This document shows positions 35,045 to 47,300 of a DNA stretch of 64,000 bases, in pieces. Source of the DNA: a virus; the IMG/VR virus record IMGVR_UViG_3300046001_006396, positions 17,928-81,927 of that record; one strand, given 5' to 3'. The notes beneath the pieces were generated by a model. That model worked only from the letters and a program-made list of their open reading frames with translations. It had not been told where the DNA came from and searched no databases. The position numbers and the translations under genes are program-made. The number at the start of each line of letters is the position of its first letter. The stretch's first letter is position 1.

Positions 35045-38000
35045 ATGGAAAGCCCATTATCATTTGACTCAACAGAGAACTTCAGAAAGAAACTCTTATT
35101 AAGAAATTTAAAACCATATACGGTTGATGGAATTTTTAGTGCACCTAAGTTAGAAAACAAAACAGAAATCACTCTTGTTGATTATTCTGTATCTGATTCA
35201 CCTAATATTGAAAAAGAACAAAAATTACAAGAAAAAAAATTAATAGGACAAAATAAATATACTCCTAATGATGGTTTTGGGAATACCATATCTATTAATT
35301 TAAATAAAAATAGTGAAACAAATTTTGGAAATTACACAATTAATAACACCAACAACTCAAAATTAGAACTTATTGGTAATAATAATGAAAAATTATTATA
35401 CGTACAAAACATATATGGTCCTGTTGATTTTTCGTCTTCGTATGGTAAAACCATAGACGTAAATAAAAATTTAAACACAAAAACAAATTTTGGGTTATAT
35501 GGATTCAGTAAAACTTTTGGTAGTTACTTAGAAACATTTGGAATCCAAAAAGAAATTGAACTAGTAGTCCAAAATCAATATGGTGCTGACCAAAACTCAC
35601 CATTAAAAAGCGTTGACCCAAACATTAATAAACAAACAAAACCAAATAGTGGAACATATGGTTATGCTGACACATTACAAAGTAGTCTACAAAATAATGG
35701 ATTCACATTAAAAAATACCCTACTCGGCAAAAACCAATACGGACCTCAGTACTTTCAAAGTACTCAGACAGTTAATCCTAATGTTAATTTACAATCAAAG
35801 GCGAATGAGGGTAACTATGGATACGATGATAGTATTGGTAGTGAATTAGAATTAAACGGTAATAATAAAGAAAAAGATTTAATTGTTTTAAACAAGTATT
35901 CACCCACCAACTCTCAAAATGGGTTTGGTAGTTCTATTTCATTTCCTTTATTAAGTAATGGTTCGGGGTTTGGTCTATATGAAGACCAATCAGACGCTAA
36001 CGGAAGTGGTTTAGAGTTATTTGCAAGAAATAGAGAAGATGTAAATTATACAAGAAATAAATACGGACCACAAGGTTTGGGTACATCATACGGTTTAGAA
36101 GTTTTTATTAACAAATATTTACAATTAAGCGCTAACGTTGGAGAATATGACCCTGACTCAACATCAGGGGATGGTAGCGAACTTGAAATTCTTGGGGAAA
36201 AAAAGATTAAATTAAATTTAATTAAAAACGAGTATCAACCGTTAAATACACCAACAATAGTTAACCCAAACGCCGACGCACAACAAGACGCTAATAAGGG
36301 TGAATATAATTATACGGCATCAAGACCACCATTAACTACCGAACAGTCACAGTCATTTGTTTATCAAAAAAATAAATATAATAGTGGCGATGGAGCTTAT
36401 GATGTATTAGATATTGTTGAGTTATTCCCTGGAACTAAAAACTCACCATATTGGAATAGTAGTCAGAGTTTTATATTCCAACCGTCATTTTATACCCCTA
36501 TTAATATTTTATTAAACGATAACCCTTCAGGGTCTGATGGTAGTTTAAGTCAAGATTCTGACTTGGCAAAAATTGGGGCAAAACAATTACAAAAAGAATA
36601 TAAGGCGAGAATTGCTTTAGAATTAATACAACAAACATTAGGTAGATCAACCCTTTCAAATAATAGTGCGACAAACATATCAGGTGAAATAAGTCAAAAA
36701 CCTTCATTTGATCCATTTGATGCTTTAGGTGTTGTAACTAATAAACTACCAATACTACAAAAAGATTATAAAATAACATCACCTGGTAATTTAGTCAGTG
36801 ATGCTCTTAGTTTTACTGCAAGACTAAGTGGTTTATATTCTCCATATTCTATAATACCAGGGGAAGTTTTTGATTATCCACAAAAAAACTTTTTAAGTCA
36901 ACTAAGAACTAATCCTGTTGGTGCGGTTGGAAATATTGTCGGAGGACTCATTAATCAGATAACTTCAATGGCCATTGATTCATCATCTGAATTATTATTA
37001 AATAATACAGGAGCACCAACAAAGGCAATATTATACGACCAATTATTTTATAACCAATATAGACCAAAATATAGATTAGATTCTTTACAAAGTCCTAATT
37101 TAAGTGCACCAAAAGAAAATTTTTATGTTGGTAAAAATAAAAATTTCATACGTGATGCGGTTAGCCCAAGAAATGAAGTGGCTGACGGTAAATTTGGTAA
37201 TATAAATTTTGGGCCTGTTTTTGACTATGGGGTTATTGGCCAAGAATATGAAGGTAATGAAGTACAAAAAAGATTATTTGGTCTTAAATCTTACCCTTAT
37301 TATGATGCCAATGGAGGTGTACAGGGTGGGTTTACTTGGGCACCAAAAGCAAAATCGGTAAACAAACCAGGACAACCTGTTGGGCCAAATAATAAAGTTT
37401 ACGACTCAACGGCGACTGTTGTTGACCCTACATTACAAAAACAAATTAATGATACTGATTCATCAGTATTAAAATTTACAGACGGGTCACTATTAGACAT
37501 TACCCAAAAATTAGTTGAAGCCGCGTCTAAATCATCAAAACCGTTAAGCCATGTAGGTAACGCCATTAATCAAATTAGTAAAGTATTTAATGACGGGTAT
37601 ATTGAAATGACAAAGGGATCTAGAGTCAGAAGATATCTAACACCAAACGCAGTTCAAGGAAGTACAAAAGTATCTGATATTGTTGGATATGAATATGGTA
37701 GATTATTTTCTAAAGATATTCCATTTACCACTTACAAACAATTACAAAAAACAAGAGGTAATATAAGAAAATCAACATACTCAATACTTGATAATACTTA
37801 CAATCTTAATATTGCACCAATGAAAGGGGGTAGTGGTGTTGATTCAACAAACATCACTAGAGACGGTAAAGTAAAAAAATATATGTTCTCATTAGAAAAT
37901 TTGGCTTGGAGAACATCTAATAGACCTGGATTTACTGTTGATGATTTACCTGCTTGTGAAAAGGGACCAAATGGGGGTAGAATTATGTGGTTTCCACCAT

Positions 38001-41000
38001 ACGACTTATCAATAGACGATAATACAAGGACCGCTTGGAACAGCAACACTTTTTTAGGTAGAACAGAACCAATATACACATTTCAAAATAGTGAAAGAAG
38101 TGCAAGTTTAAAGTTTAAAATTATTGTTGACCACCCATCAATATTAAATGTAATTGTCAATAAAGAACTAGAAAAAGCAGATGCGTCTGTTGCGTCACAA
38201 GTTGTTGACTCGTTTATGGCTGGATGTTTAAATTATGACATTTATGATTTATTAGCGAAATATAAACAATTTAGTTTAAGTGATGTATATGATGTTTTAT
38301 CAACACTTAATCCAGAACAATTAAGTGAATTAACAAAAGAAGTCCCAAATGCAACTATAGTTGGTGAAACAACACTTAATAATAATACTAATTTAGCCCA
38401 AACGGAAAGTGGTGCGGGACAAGAATCCACTTTTACAGAAAACTTTGATAAGGACAAATTCCAACAATTACAATTATTGTTTGATGAGACAAGTAGTGGT
38501 AATTATAGTGATGACTATACTACATTTATAGAGAACGGACAAAGTAATGTTTTAACAAACGCCACCGATAAAGTTTATAAATATAGTGATGGTGTTGAGT
38601 ATCTTAATCCACCTGCAAGTTTAAGTTTAGGTGAATATTTAGATGCTAGAAAATCATCAATACAACAAGTTTTTAGTTTTGCCACTACAGAATATAACAC
38701 ATTTAAAGAGTTACTTCCATTAACTTTAAAAAACTTAGATGGAGGAGCAACAATGACAATATCAATTGAGGGGTCAACCTACTCTGGATTAAATGGTGGA
38801 GAACAATCACGAGCCGATTCGGTATCAAAAATGATTTCAGAATATTCTGAAGGGGAATTAAAAATGCAAAATTTTATTGATAGTAAAAAACTTACAATAA
38901 AAACAAGTTCTATAGGTACACCAAAAGTTAATGATGGTAGTTTTAGAGACATTGATTGCTCAAAAACATTTACAAATACAATATATCGTTATTCGGTACA
39001 AGGAATGATGTGTAGAGCAGCTAAACTTAGCGTGACGGAATATACTCCAGCATCAAACACAACACCCACACAACAAACACAAACACCTTCAGGACCTGAA
39101 TCTGAATTACCTAACGCAACGGCAGCCGATTTAAATAATCCAAACAACACACAACCACAATCAGAATCAAGTCAGGCGGTTAAAAACAATAGAAAAAAAG
39201 ATAAAGGAAATAATATTGGTGATGGTTTAACTAAAAAATTGCTAAGAAAACTATTAAGTGAATGTGATTATTTTGAAATGATAGCAGAACAAAACCCGTT
39301 GGTTTATGACGGTATTAAAAGTAGATTTAAAAATTTTAATCCCGCTTTTCACTCAATAACACCTGAAGGGTTAAATTCAAGACTTACATTTTTAAATCAA
39401 TGTATGAGACCTGGAGACACAATACCAACTGCAGTTGAAACAGGGCAAGGAATTACTTTACAATATAACGACGTAATAAATAGTGCATTTGGATCACCAC
39501 CAATTTGTGTTTTAAGAGTCGGTGACTTTTTCCATAGTAAAATACTTATTGACAGTTTAGATATAACATTTGATGATGGGCAATTTGATTTAAATCCTGA
39601 AGGGATTGGAGTTCAACCCATGATAGCAGATGTTACTTTAAGTATTAAATTTATAGGGGGTAGTGGACTTAAAGAACCTGTTAGTTCATTACAAAACGCA
39701 CTTTCATTTAACTATTATGCAAATACTGAAATGTATGATGAAAGAGCGGAAGAGACTGATGATTTTACAAGTAAGAATGATGAATTATTAGTTGAAGATA
39801 TTAAAAATGAGGTTGGAATTATTGATAATCAACAAAGACCTTTAGTGAATGATGGAGGAACCACAATAGGTACCATTCAGACAAACACCGTTGATTTACA
39901 AACAAGTGCAATTACAGGAACTATTACCTATAAAGATGTGATGGATAATATGTTATCTAAAACCCAATCATATATAAATTGTGTTAACAAAATATTAATA
40001 CAATTAAAGGACGACCTATTATGGGGTGGATTAATAACATACACTAAAGATAGAATATATAGTACTGGATACTTTGATTATTTAGGAGGAAATACATCTA
40101 ATGAAGTGAATATATTTGGAAAACCACAAGGATATCAAGAAAGAATTGATAATATTTTTAATAGTGCTAAAGACGATGTTGATAATGACACCTCACCAAT
40201 TTTAGGGGGGATAAATGAACAAGGGTTTTCTAATTCTGAAGTAAGAAAAATTAAAAGAAAGTTAACTAAAATGATTGATGAAAGAAAGACTCCTTTCATT
40301 GAATCGGTAGAAAAGGGAACAACAGATTTAATTAAAAATGAACTTAGCTTTATTGGAGTATCTGACCAAGTAAATTTTATTTTAAGTAATGTTGACGGTT
40401 ATAAAAATAAACAAGGGGGTGCTGTGATATATGACATATCAGGGACTACCGGTGTTGACCCACAAACAACTAACGCCGCTGACACGTACGTTGAATTACA
40501 AAACGACGTATTACAAATAAGAACAGGACTTAATCAGTTAGATACTAATCTTAAAAGTTATCAAATAATAACTAATGGTGAAAAAGAATATAACAATAAT
40601 TTAACTTTTAAAATATTAGACAACACATCATCACAAGAAAATGCGTTTTTTATAATATTTGGAAAAGAAATACTATTAGAAAACGGATATAAAACTTTTG
40701 TTGATTCATTATTATCTGAGGTTTCCGACAGTCAATTATTAAATAATTGGGCATCTTTTTTATACACAAATATTGGATTTAATGTTGGGGGAGATAACCA
40801 ACCAGCAACACGAATTAATGACGGTAGATATATAAAATACGAAAACTCAAAAAAGACATTAGATGATAATTTTAGTAGTTTTAAAAATAATTATTTTGAT
40901 ATTGCATTACCAAACGAACAATATTTACCATTTAAAAAAGGAAAAGAGAGGTTGTTTGACTACACAAAACAAAATACGGTAACACCACCAAACGATACTA

Positions 41001-41071
41001 ATTTATTTAATCTATGGTCAACAGTTGATTCTATAGATGATAAGTTTAACCTTAAAAAGAAAATGAATTAA
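35045..41071 (+). CDS. Large baseplate/tail-tube initiator multidomain protein (2008 aa)
   Basis: N-terminal repeats; two tube-initiator-like segments (WFPPYDL...FLGRTEPIYTF...ERSASLKFKI; PPICVLRVGDFFHSKILIDSLDI); between tape measure and baseplate genes. Confidence 0.6.
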   Translation: MESPLSFDSTENFRKKLLLRNLKPYTVDGIFSAPKLENKTEITLVDYSVSDSPNIEKEQKLQEKKLIGQNKYTPNDGFGNTISINLNKNSETNFGNYTINNTNNSKLELIGNNNEKLLYVQNIYGPVDFSSSYGKTIDVNKNLNTKTNFGLYGFSKTFGSYLETFGIQKEIELVVQNQYGADQNSPLKSVDPNINKQTKPNSGTYGYADTLQSSLQNNGFTLKNTLLGKNQYGPQYFQSTQTVNPNVNLQSKANEGNYGYDDSIGSELELNGNNKEKDLIVLNKYSPTNSQNGFGSSISFPLLSNGSGFGLYEDQSDANGSGLELFARNREDVNYTRNKYGPQGLGTSYGLEVFINKYLQLSANVGEYDPDSTSGDGSELEILGEKKIKLNLIKNEYQPLNTPTIVNPNADAQQDANKGEYNYTASRPPLTTEQSQSFVYQKNKYNSGDGAYDVLDIVELFPGTKNSPYWNSSQSFIFQPSFYTPINILLNDNPSGSDGSLSQDSDLAKIGAKQLQKEYKARIALELIQQTLGRSTLSNNSATNISGEISQKPSFDPFDALGVVTNKLPILQKDYKITSPGNLVSDALSFTARLSGLYSPYSIIPGEVFDYPQKNFLSQLRTNPVGAVGNIVGGLINQITSMAIDSSSELLLNNTGAPTKAILYDQLFYNQYRPKYRLDSLQSPNLSAPKENFYVGKNKNFIRDAVSPRNEVADGKFGNINFGPVFDYGVIGQEYEGNEVQKRLFGLKSYPYYDANGGVQGGFTWAPKAKSVNKPGQPVGPNNKVYDSTATVVDPTLQKQINDTDSSVLKFTDGSLLDITQKLVEAASKSSKPLSHVGNAINQISKVFNDGYIEMTKGSRVRRYLTPNAVQGSTKVSDIVGYEYGRLFSKDIPFTTYKQLQKTRGNIRKSTYSILDNTYNLNIAPMKGGSGVDSTNITRDGKVKKYMFSLENLAWRTSNRPGFTVDDLPACEKGPNGGRIMWFPPYDLSIDDNTRTAWNSNTFLGRTEPIYTFQNSERSASLKFKIIVDHPSILNVIVNKELEKADASVASQVVDSFMAGCLNYDIYDLLAKYKQFSLSDVYDVLSTLNPEQLSELTKEVPNATIVGETTLNNNTNLAQTESGAGQESTFTENFDKDKFQQLQLLFDETSSGNYSDDYTTFIENGQSNVLTNATDKVYKYSDGVEYLNPPASLSLGEYLDARKSSIQQVFSFATTEYNTFKELLPLTLKNLDGGATMTISIEGSTYSGLNGGEQSRADSVSKMISEYSEGELKMQNFIDSKKLTIKTSSIGTPKVNDGSFRDIDCSKTFTNTIYRYSVQGMMCRAAKLSVTEYTPASNTTPTQQTQTPSGPESELPNATAADLNNPNNTQPQSESSQAVKNNRKKDKGNNIGDGLTKKLLRKLLSECDYFEMIAEQNPLVYDGIKSRFKNFNPAFHSITPEGLNSRLTFLNQCMRPGDTIPTAVETGQGITLQYNDVINSAFGSPPICVLRVGDFFHSKILIDSLDITFDDGQFDLNPEGIGVQPMIADVTLSIKFIGGSGLKEPVSSLQNALSFNYYANTEMYDERAEETDDFTSKNDELLVEDIKNEVGIIDNQQRPLVNDGGTTIGTIQTNTVDLQTSAITGTITYKDVMDNMLSKTQSYINCVNKILIQLKDDLLWGGLITYTKDRIYSTGYFDYLGGNTSNEVNIFGKPQGYQERIDNIFNSAKDDVDNDTSPILGGINEQGFSNSEVRKIKRKLTKMIDERKTPFIESVEKGTTDLIKNELSFIGVSDQVNFILSNVDGYKNKQGGAVIYDISGTTGVDPQTTNAADTYVELQNDVLQIRTGLNQLDTNLKSYQIITNGEKEYNNNLTFKILDNTSSQENAFFIIFGKEILLENGYKTFVDSLLSEVSDSQLLNNWASFLYTNIGFNVGGDNQPATRINDGRYIKYENSKKTLDDNFSSFKNNYFDIALPNEQYLPFKKGKERLFDYTKQNTVTPPNDTNLFNLWSTVDSIDDKFNLKKKMN

Positions 41072-41072
41072 C

Positions 41073-41390
41073 ATGGAATATTTTAATAGATACCAAAACT
41101 TTCTAATAAATGGAAATCAAACCGTAGTCCCGTTTGTGACCCTGCCTAATAGAACAACGGACCAAAAATATTTATATAGAGCCAACCAAAGTAGATTAGA
41201 CAAAATAAGTTACGATAAATACGGTACACCATATTTTGGGTGGTTAATACTAATTGCAAACCCAAATTTTGGAGGTCTTGAAACAAATATACCGGATGGA
41301 TCAATATTAAATATACCGTTTCCATTAAAGGGGGCATTATTAGACTACAAAAATGCGATAGATACACATATTTTTTATTATGGCAGATGA
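41073..41390 (+). CDS. Baseplate wedge protein, LysM/gp53-like
   Basis: SRLDKISYDKYGTPYFGWLILIANP...IPDGSILNIP. Confidence 0.7.
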   Translation: MEYFNRYQNFLINGNQTVVPFVTLPNRTTDQKYLYRANQSRLDKISYDKYGTPYFGWLILIANPNFGGLETNIPDGSILNIPFPLKGALLDYKNAIDTHIFYYGR

Positions 41391-44300
41391 TTTAACAAAA
41401 AAACCAATCTATATTGAAACCGATTATGACAATGTTGTTTTAATTGACCCAAATAAGATTGTTGTAAATAACGAAATTAAAGATAGATTAGTTGATCACG
41501 AAGATTTAGTTTTTTATGCTAATTTAGAAACAAGAGTAATACCAAGAAGTAAACTTGCCTTTGGGGAGAGTTTTGACAGCCCGGTATTTAATACGACAGT
41601 TGCAAGTGTAAAGGGTAAAGTGTCTGACCCATCAACGGTGATTAATTTTTTACAACCATTAGATAGGAGTAGATTTGACACTTCATGGTCTGACCAAATA
41701 ACAGGAAAGGGGTCAACCTCAGCAAACGGAGCAAATCAAATATCAGAAAAAGTTAGTAATGTTAATGGTAATTTTAGATTTGAAAGAAATGTTAATAATT
41801 ATTCTGACACACAACTATTAGGGATTAAATCAATTGACGTATCAGTACAAGGGGGTAAGGGATCAACAATTTTTGTACCTACAGTTGAGATTACATTGGT
41901 AGACGTTCAAGGAAGAACGTTATTTGAGCAGGGCGAAAAATCAATATATTCCGTATTTTTTAATATGCCGTACCCATTATTTTATTTAACATTAAAAGGT
42001 TATTATGGTAAAGCGATAAGATATGAATTAAATCTAACAAAATTTAATGCAAAATTTGACCAACAAAGTGGTAATTATGATATACAACTTTCGTTGATGG
42101 GTAAATTAACGGGATTATTGTCCGACACGTTATTGGATTATGCGAAGACTGCACCAAAAATGTTTCCAACAACAATACAAACCATAGAGTCTGCGCCCGC
42201 AGGAACAAACCAAGCGGTAACATCAACAAATTCATCAGTTGGTATACAAAAATTAAATGAGGTATATAAGATATATGAATCAAAAGGACTAATACAAAAA
42301 AACTTCCCAAGACTTACAATTGAAGAGTTTGTTATGAGATGCGATAATTTTAACACCGCAATGCAAGAAAATATTAAAAAAGGAGATTTTGCGGTTTTAA
42401 ATGATGTACAATCATATAGAGATATTGTTGAAGAATTAAAAAAAACAGTTTATACCGATATACTACCAAAATATTTAGACACCAGTAATTATATCATTTA
42501 TAATGGTGAAATTTATTATTCATTTAAAAATAATTTAGATTTTGACACGAGAGAGAGGGTAAAAACTGATATTGATGTTGAGATAAAAGGGGCTGTTGAA
42601 AATTTAAAAAAAAATGCATCGTTTGGTGAGAATGGAGAATACTACATAGGGTCTGAAAAATTTGAAAACCAATATATTGATGTTAAGTTATCTAGTTCTA
42701 TGATACTAACTGAATTTTTATACACAAACCTGTCAAATGATGATTACTCAAAAACGTTAGCCGCTAAAATAAACAGACCACCAACAGAAGACGAATTAAT
42801 TTTATATAAAACACAAATCACTAAAGACTTTGAATTAACATCACAAAGATTAAACGTAAATACTAACGCTTTAGAAGATACTACACCAATATTGTTTAAA
42901 TACGGAGAAACACAAATAGGGTCAACAACATACATCACCGATAGTTTTTTGTGGTCAATTGAGAATATATTATCAACATTAAAATCAAAAGAAGAAGAGA
43001 TTAATCAAACTTTTTCTGAACAATTAGCAATACAATTAATAGAGGATAACGCCGGTTTAGGGTTTGTTCCGACCATTAGAAATGTAATGGCAATTATATT
43101 TGCCGGAGTTGATACGTTTTATAGGTTAATGGAAAAAACACACACGGAGGCTTGGAATAAAAAAAACGACCCAAAAAGAATAACATCAATAGTCCCGCCA
43201 GATAAAAATTTTGGAATTGATTCTAAAAATGTTGTAAACTATAGTGGACAATTAAATAATAACAATTTAGTCTATCCTTGGCCAACTTACTTTACTTTAG
43301 AAAAACAAACCGACGGAAGACAACTTTATACTGTACAATATTTAGCAGACCCTAAATTTGCAAAAGCCACAAACGCATTTAACTATAGTATTTGGCCTGA
43401 AATATTTTTTACTGAAGAATACTTGGATGCTGCTGTTAGAAAAACACCACTAACAAATAGAAACGGATACACCAACCCAACAGAGTTAAATAACTATGCG
43501 TCTTGTAATACCATGGAATTCCCATTCACAACAATACCATATGAAAACCCATCTGAAATATCTTTTTTTTATGAGTGGTATGAAAGATTATATTTAACAA
43601 GTCATTATACTAATTTATTTATTGGTGATTATAAAACAAAACAAGTTGATAAATTTATTGCAGATTTAGAAGCGAGGAATATTTCTAGAGGGTTAATAGA
43701 TAATCCTACACTAAAAGAAAAATTTAAAATTAATAAATTTAATTTTACAACATTAACTGATTATTTAAGAACTATATCAAGTAATGGTGCTGGAGAAAGT
43801 TGGGTTAAATTAGAAAGAGATTTATATGTGACGGATTACATTGATGGGTTAGTTGAAAAAGATTATGGATTATATAGTTTAGATACGATTGATGGTAAAT
43901 CTATTAGTTTAGATACTGCAGTTCCTTTAATTGAAAATTTTAAATCTTATTTAGAAAGTACTGAAACAACTAAAAAGACTTATTTAGATTTATTACCATT
44001 TGTGGCTGAAATCACATTTAACATTAATAATGATACAACAAGGGCGATGATATTTTTAGATGATAAAAAAAGCATTGCAAGATTAAATGAAACATCTGAC
44101 GGAACAAAATTAACATTTTATGGATTTTATGAAAAATACACATATAAAAACGCAAATAATAATATTTTTGTAACTCCAGAGACAAACGTACCGATAGTGG
44201 ATAGAAGTACCCTTAAAAAATATTTTGAAGAAACAACTAATAGTGATAAGGGAAAAAGACTAACACAAAATAGCATATATTACTCAAATTATTCTGGAAA

Positions 44301-47300
44301 CGTTACGGACTCTCAATATACAACATTATTAAATACACCACTTTTTATTAATTCTTTATTAAATGGTATACAAAAAGAAAAAGATGGGAATATAAACCCA
44401 TATGTATCTTTAGGATATGTTTATTTAAGTTCATTTATACAAAATAGTTTATCGGGTGATATTACCGATTATAATGAAAATAGTATTATAGGTGTTTATG
44501 GGTCGTTATCTAAATTTTCCGCAATAAATCAAATACCTTATAATTGGATGTTATATATTGGTAGTATTTGGCATAGATATAAAAATTGGATAGATAATGG
44601 GGTTGATATTTTAGATGATGCTTGGACGGATTTTAACTATAAAAAATACTATGATCCAATCACCGAGAACCTATCAAAGAATTACGACATTAAAAACTAT
44701 ACTGGTGGGTCAACACAATTTAGTGCATACATAACAAACACAATACCTAACACTACCACAACACTTGATATATTTAATATTGGGTTTTATCCTAAAGTTA
44801 TTAATGATATACATTGGTATTTAACAAAAAATGATTTGTTTACAAATTATGATGAAACCGAGTTTTCAAATGCCTATAATACAGGAAAACTTAAAATAGG
44901 ACAAGGAACTGGATCATCAGGTAATTTAAAAAAAGGTTTAGATAAGGTTATTGTTAATTCATACTTTCAATACCTAACATTTGATAAAGACCCATTAGTC
45001 GATAAAGGTAATAAAGTTTATGTCCCAATACCATCTTTAGGTGCATTACCTGTAAACCAATCTGTACTTGAATGTGCAAACGCAACTAATAATTTAACAC
45101 AACAAATAAAAGATAACCCATCTGTTTATAATGGTTCCGCAAGGTCATTATGGGGTCTTAGTAATTTTGGTTATTTTGATTTACAAAAATTTAAAAAACC
45201 AAGACCTGAACAATATATTGGTGGTTATTTATTTAGCAGTGATGCTTACGACCAAATAGATAAAATTTTTGCAATATTTAAACCTGATATACTTAATGAG
45301 TTTGAAAACGCATTTTTAGGTTTTTGTGACCCTAACGCAACATCCTCAGAACTTTTAATTTTACAAGGAGAAAGGACTAGTCCAAATTATGTTGATACCA
45401 ATAAAATTAAAAATATAGATAAAAGACGATTAAAAGACCAAATATTAAATATTTTTAAAGTTAGAGCAGACGGAGTAACAATTAACGATAAAGAAGACCA
45501 AGATTCAAAAAGTATCGCGCAATCCCAAATATCAAACTTTTCTAAAAAGGGACAAGAGTTTTTAAAATTTGATTGTTTAATTAAAATAGGCAACCCAAAA
45601 AACTTTAATAGGAAAATATTTAATAGTTTTTCAAACGACCCATTATACCAACCAGTTGATAAATTAAATTTTGACCCATACGTTCCCAATTCATTACCAT
45701 CTTCAGCACTAACTACACCATTAATTATTAGTAAAGTTAATTACCCTGAAGAGTGGAAAACATTAGAAAAATATGTTGGATACTCAAGACTTAAAAAAGT
45801 TTCATATACCGATTCTGGATCAACTATTACTGATTTTTTTATTGATATGGATGTTGCATTCACCGTTGATAACATTAAAACGTTATACCAAATAATTAAA
45901 ATTTACTCTAAAGAAAAGTATTTGGCGTTAACTAATGGGACAGCATGGTCAAAAGAGGTTTTTTACACAGGATTTAATTCATTTTTAGCATCACAGAACG
46001 CAATATTTTCGGATATGATATTAGAAGTTTCATCATATTTAAATAAAAACTTACCAAGCGTTTCAGTGACAGTTGATCCAACTAAATCAAAAATAGAAGG
46101 TAATATTACAAAATTATCAACATATAATACATTCCAAGCATTTAATGATAGATGGATTGCTGGTAGTGATTTAACAACAAAAACATTATTTGAGGACTTC
46201 TTATTTCAAGACTCATCTAATAGTGATATTGGGGATATATTACAAGTGGACGTAATGGAAGTAGCAAACTCATTAAAACTTCAAAACAACATATCTATTT
46301 TAGATTTAGTTGGAGAAGTTATGAGAATATGTGGAGACACGTTATTTTTTGCAATGCCGGCATATATTAATTTTTATGGTAATAATTCACCACTTAAAGG
46401 AGGAGAACCTAAAAATTTAGACATACCAAACTCATTGTTTGGGACATATACTGAAGTTAATTACTTAGACTCAAAACCAAAATTTTTAATTATATATGTT
46501 GGTAAACCATCTGAACACCCACAACAAAAAGATAATGCCTTTGTCTTGTACGGGGATGATAGTTATGATTTAAGAAACCCATCAACAAATCCTGTTAGGG
46601 TATCAACAGCTTCACCATATAATTTTTCATTGTCAAATAAATTAGTTGCGTTCAACGTTGATTTTGGTATTAGAAATCAAAATATGTTTAAAAGTGTTTC
46701 TGTTGGTATGGATGATAAAAAAGTAACGGCAGCAACCTTTGTCACTAGAGACCAAATGGCTAATGGGGTAAATGGAAATCAAGTTGCTCAACAAACAACA
46801 TCAATGTATTCTTTATATCAGTCAATGTCGTATAGTTGTTCCGTAACGTCCTTAGGTAATGTTATGTTACAACCAATGATGTATTTTAATTTAAGACACG
46901 TACCATTATTTTATGGACCATACTTAATTGATAAAGTAAAGCATAGTATAACTGCCGATAACTTTGAAACAACAATTGAAGGTACAAGAATGCCAAAATA
47001 CGCATTGGCGATGCCGGATAAATTAGCATCATATGTTAAAATAAATTATTTAGAAAAATATAAACAAGATATATTGGCAACAAAAAACCCCGCAACCACA
47101 GTAACCGATGTTAATACAAGTTTAGATCCAGGAGCTAATAACGGAACAACACAGGCACCAGAAGACGTGTGTTTGGGACTCACCAACGTAAAATATCAAA
47201 CATTACCGTTTGTTGGTTTAGTAAGAACCCCTGTAACATATTCAGAATTTGCGGATACCATAAAGGGTATACCATCCCTTGATGTGAATATTGCCATTAC

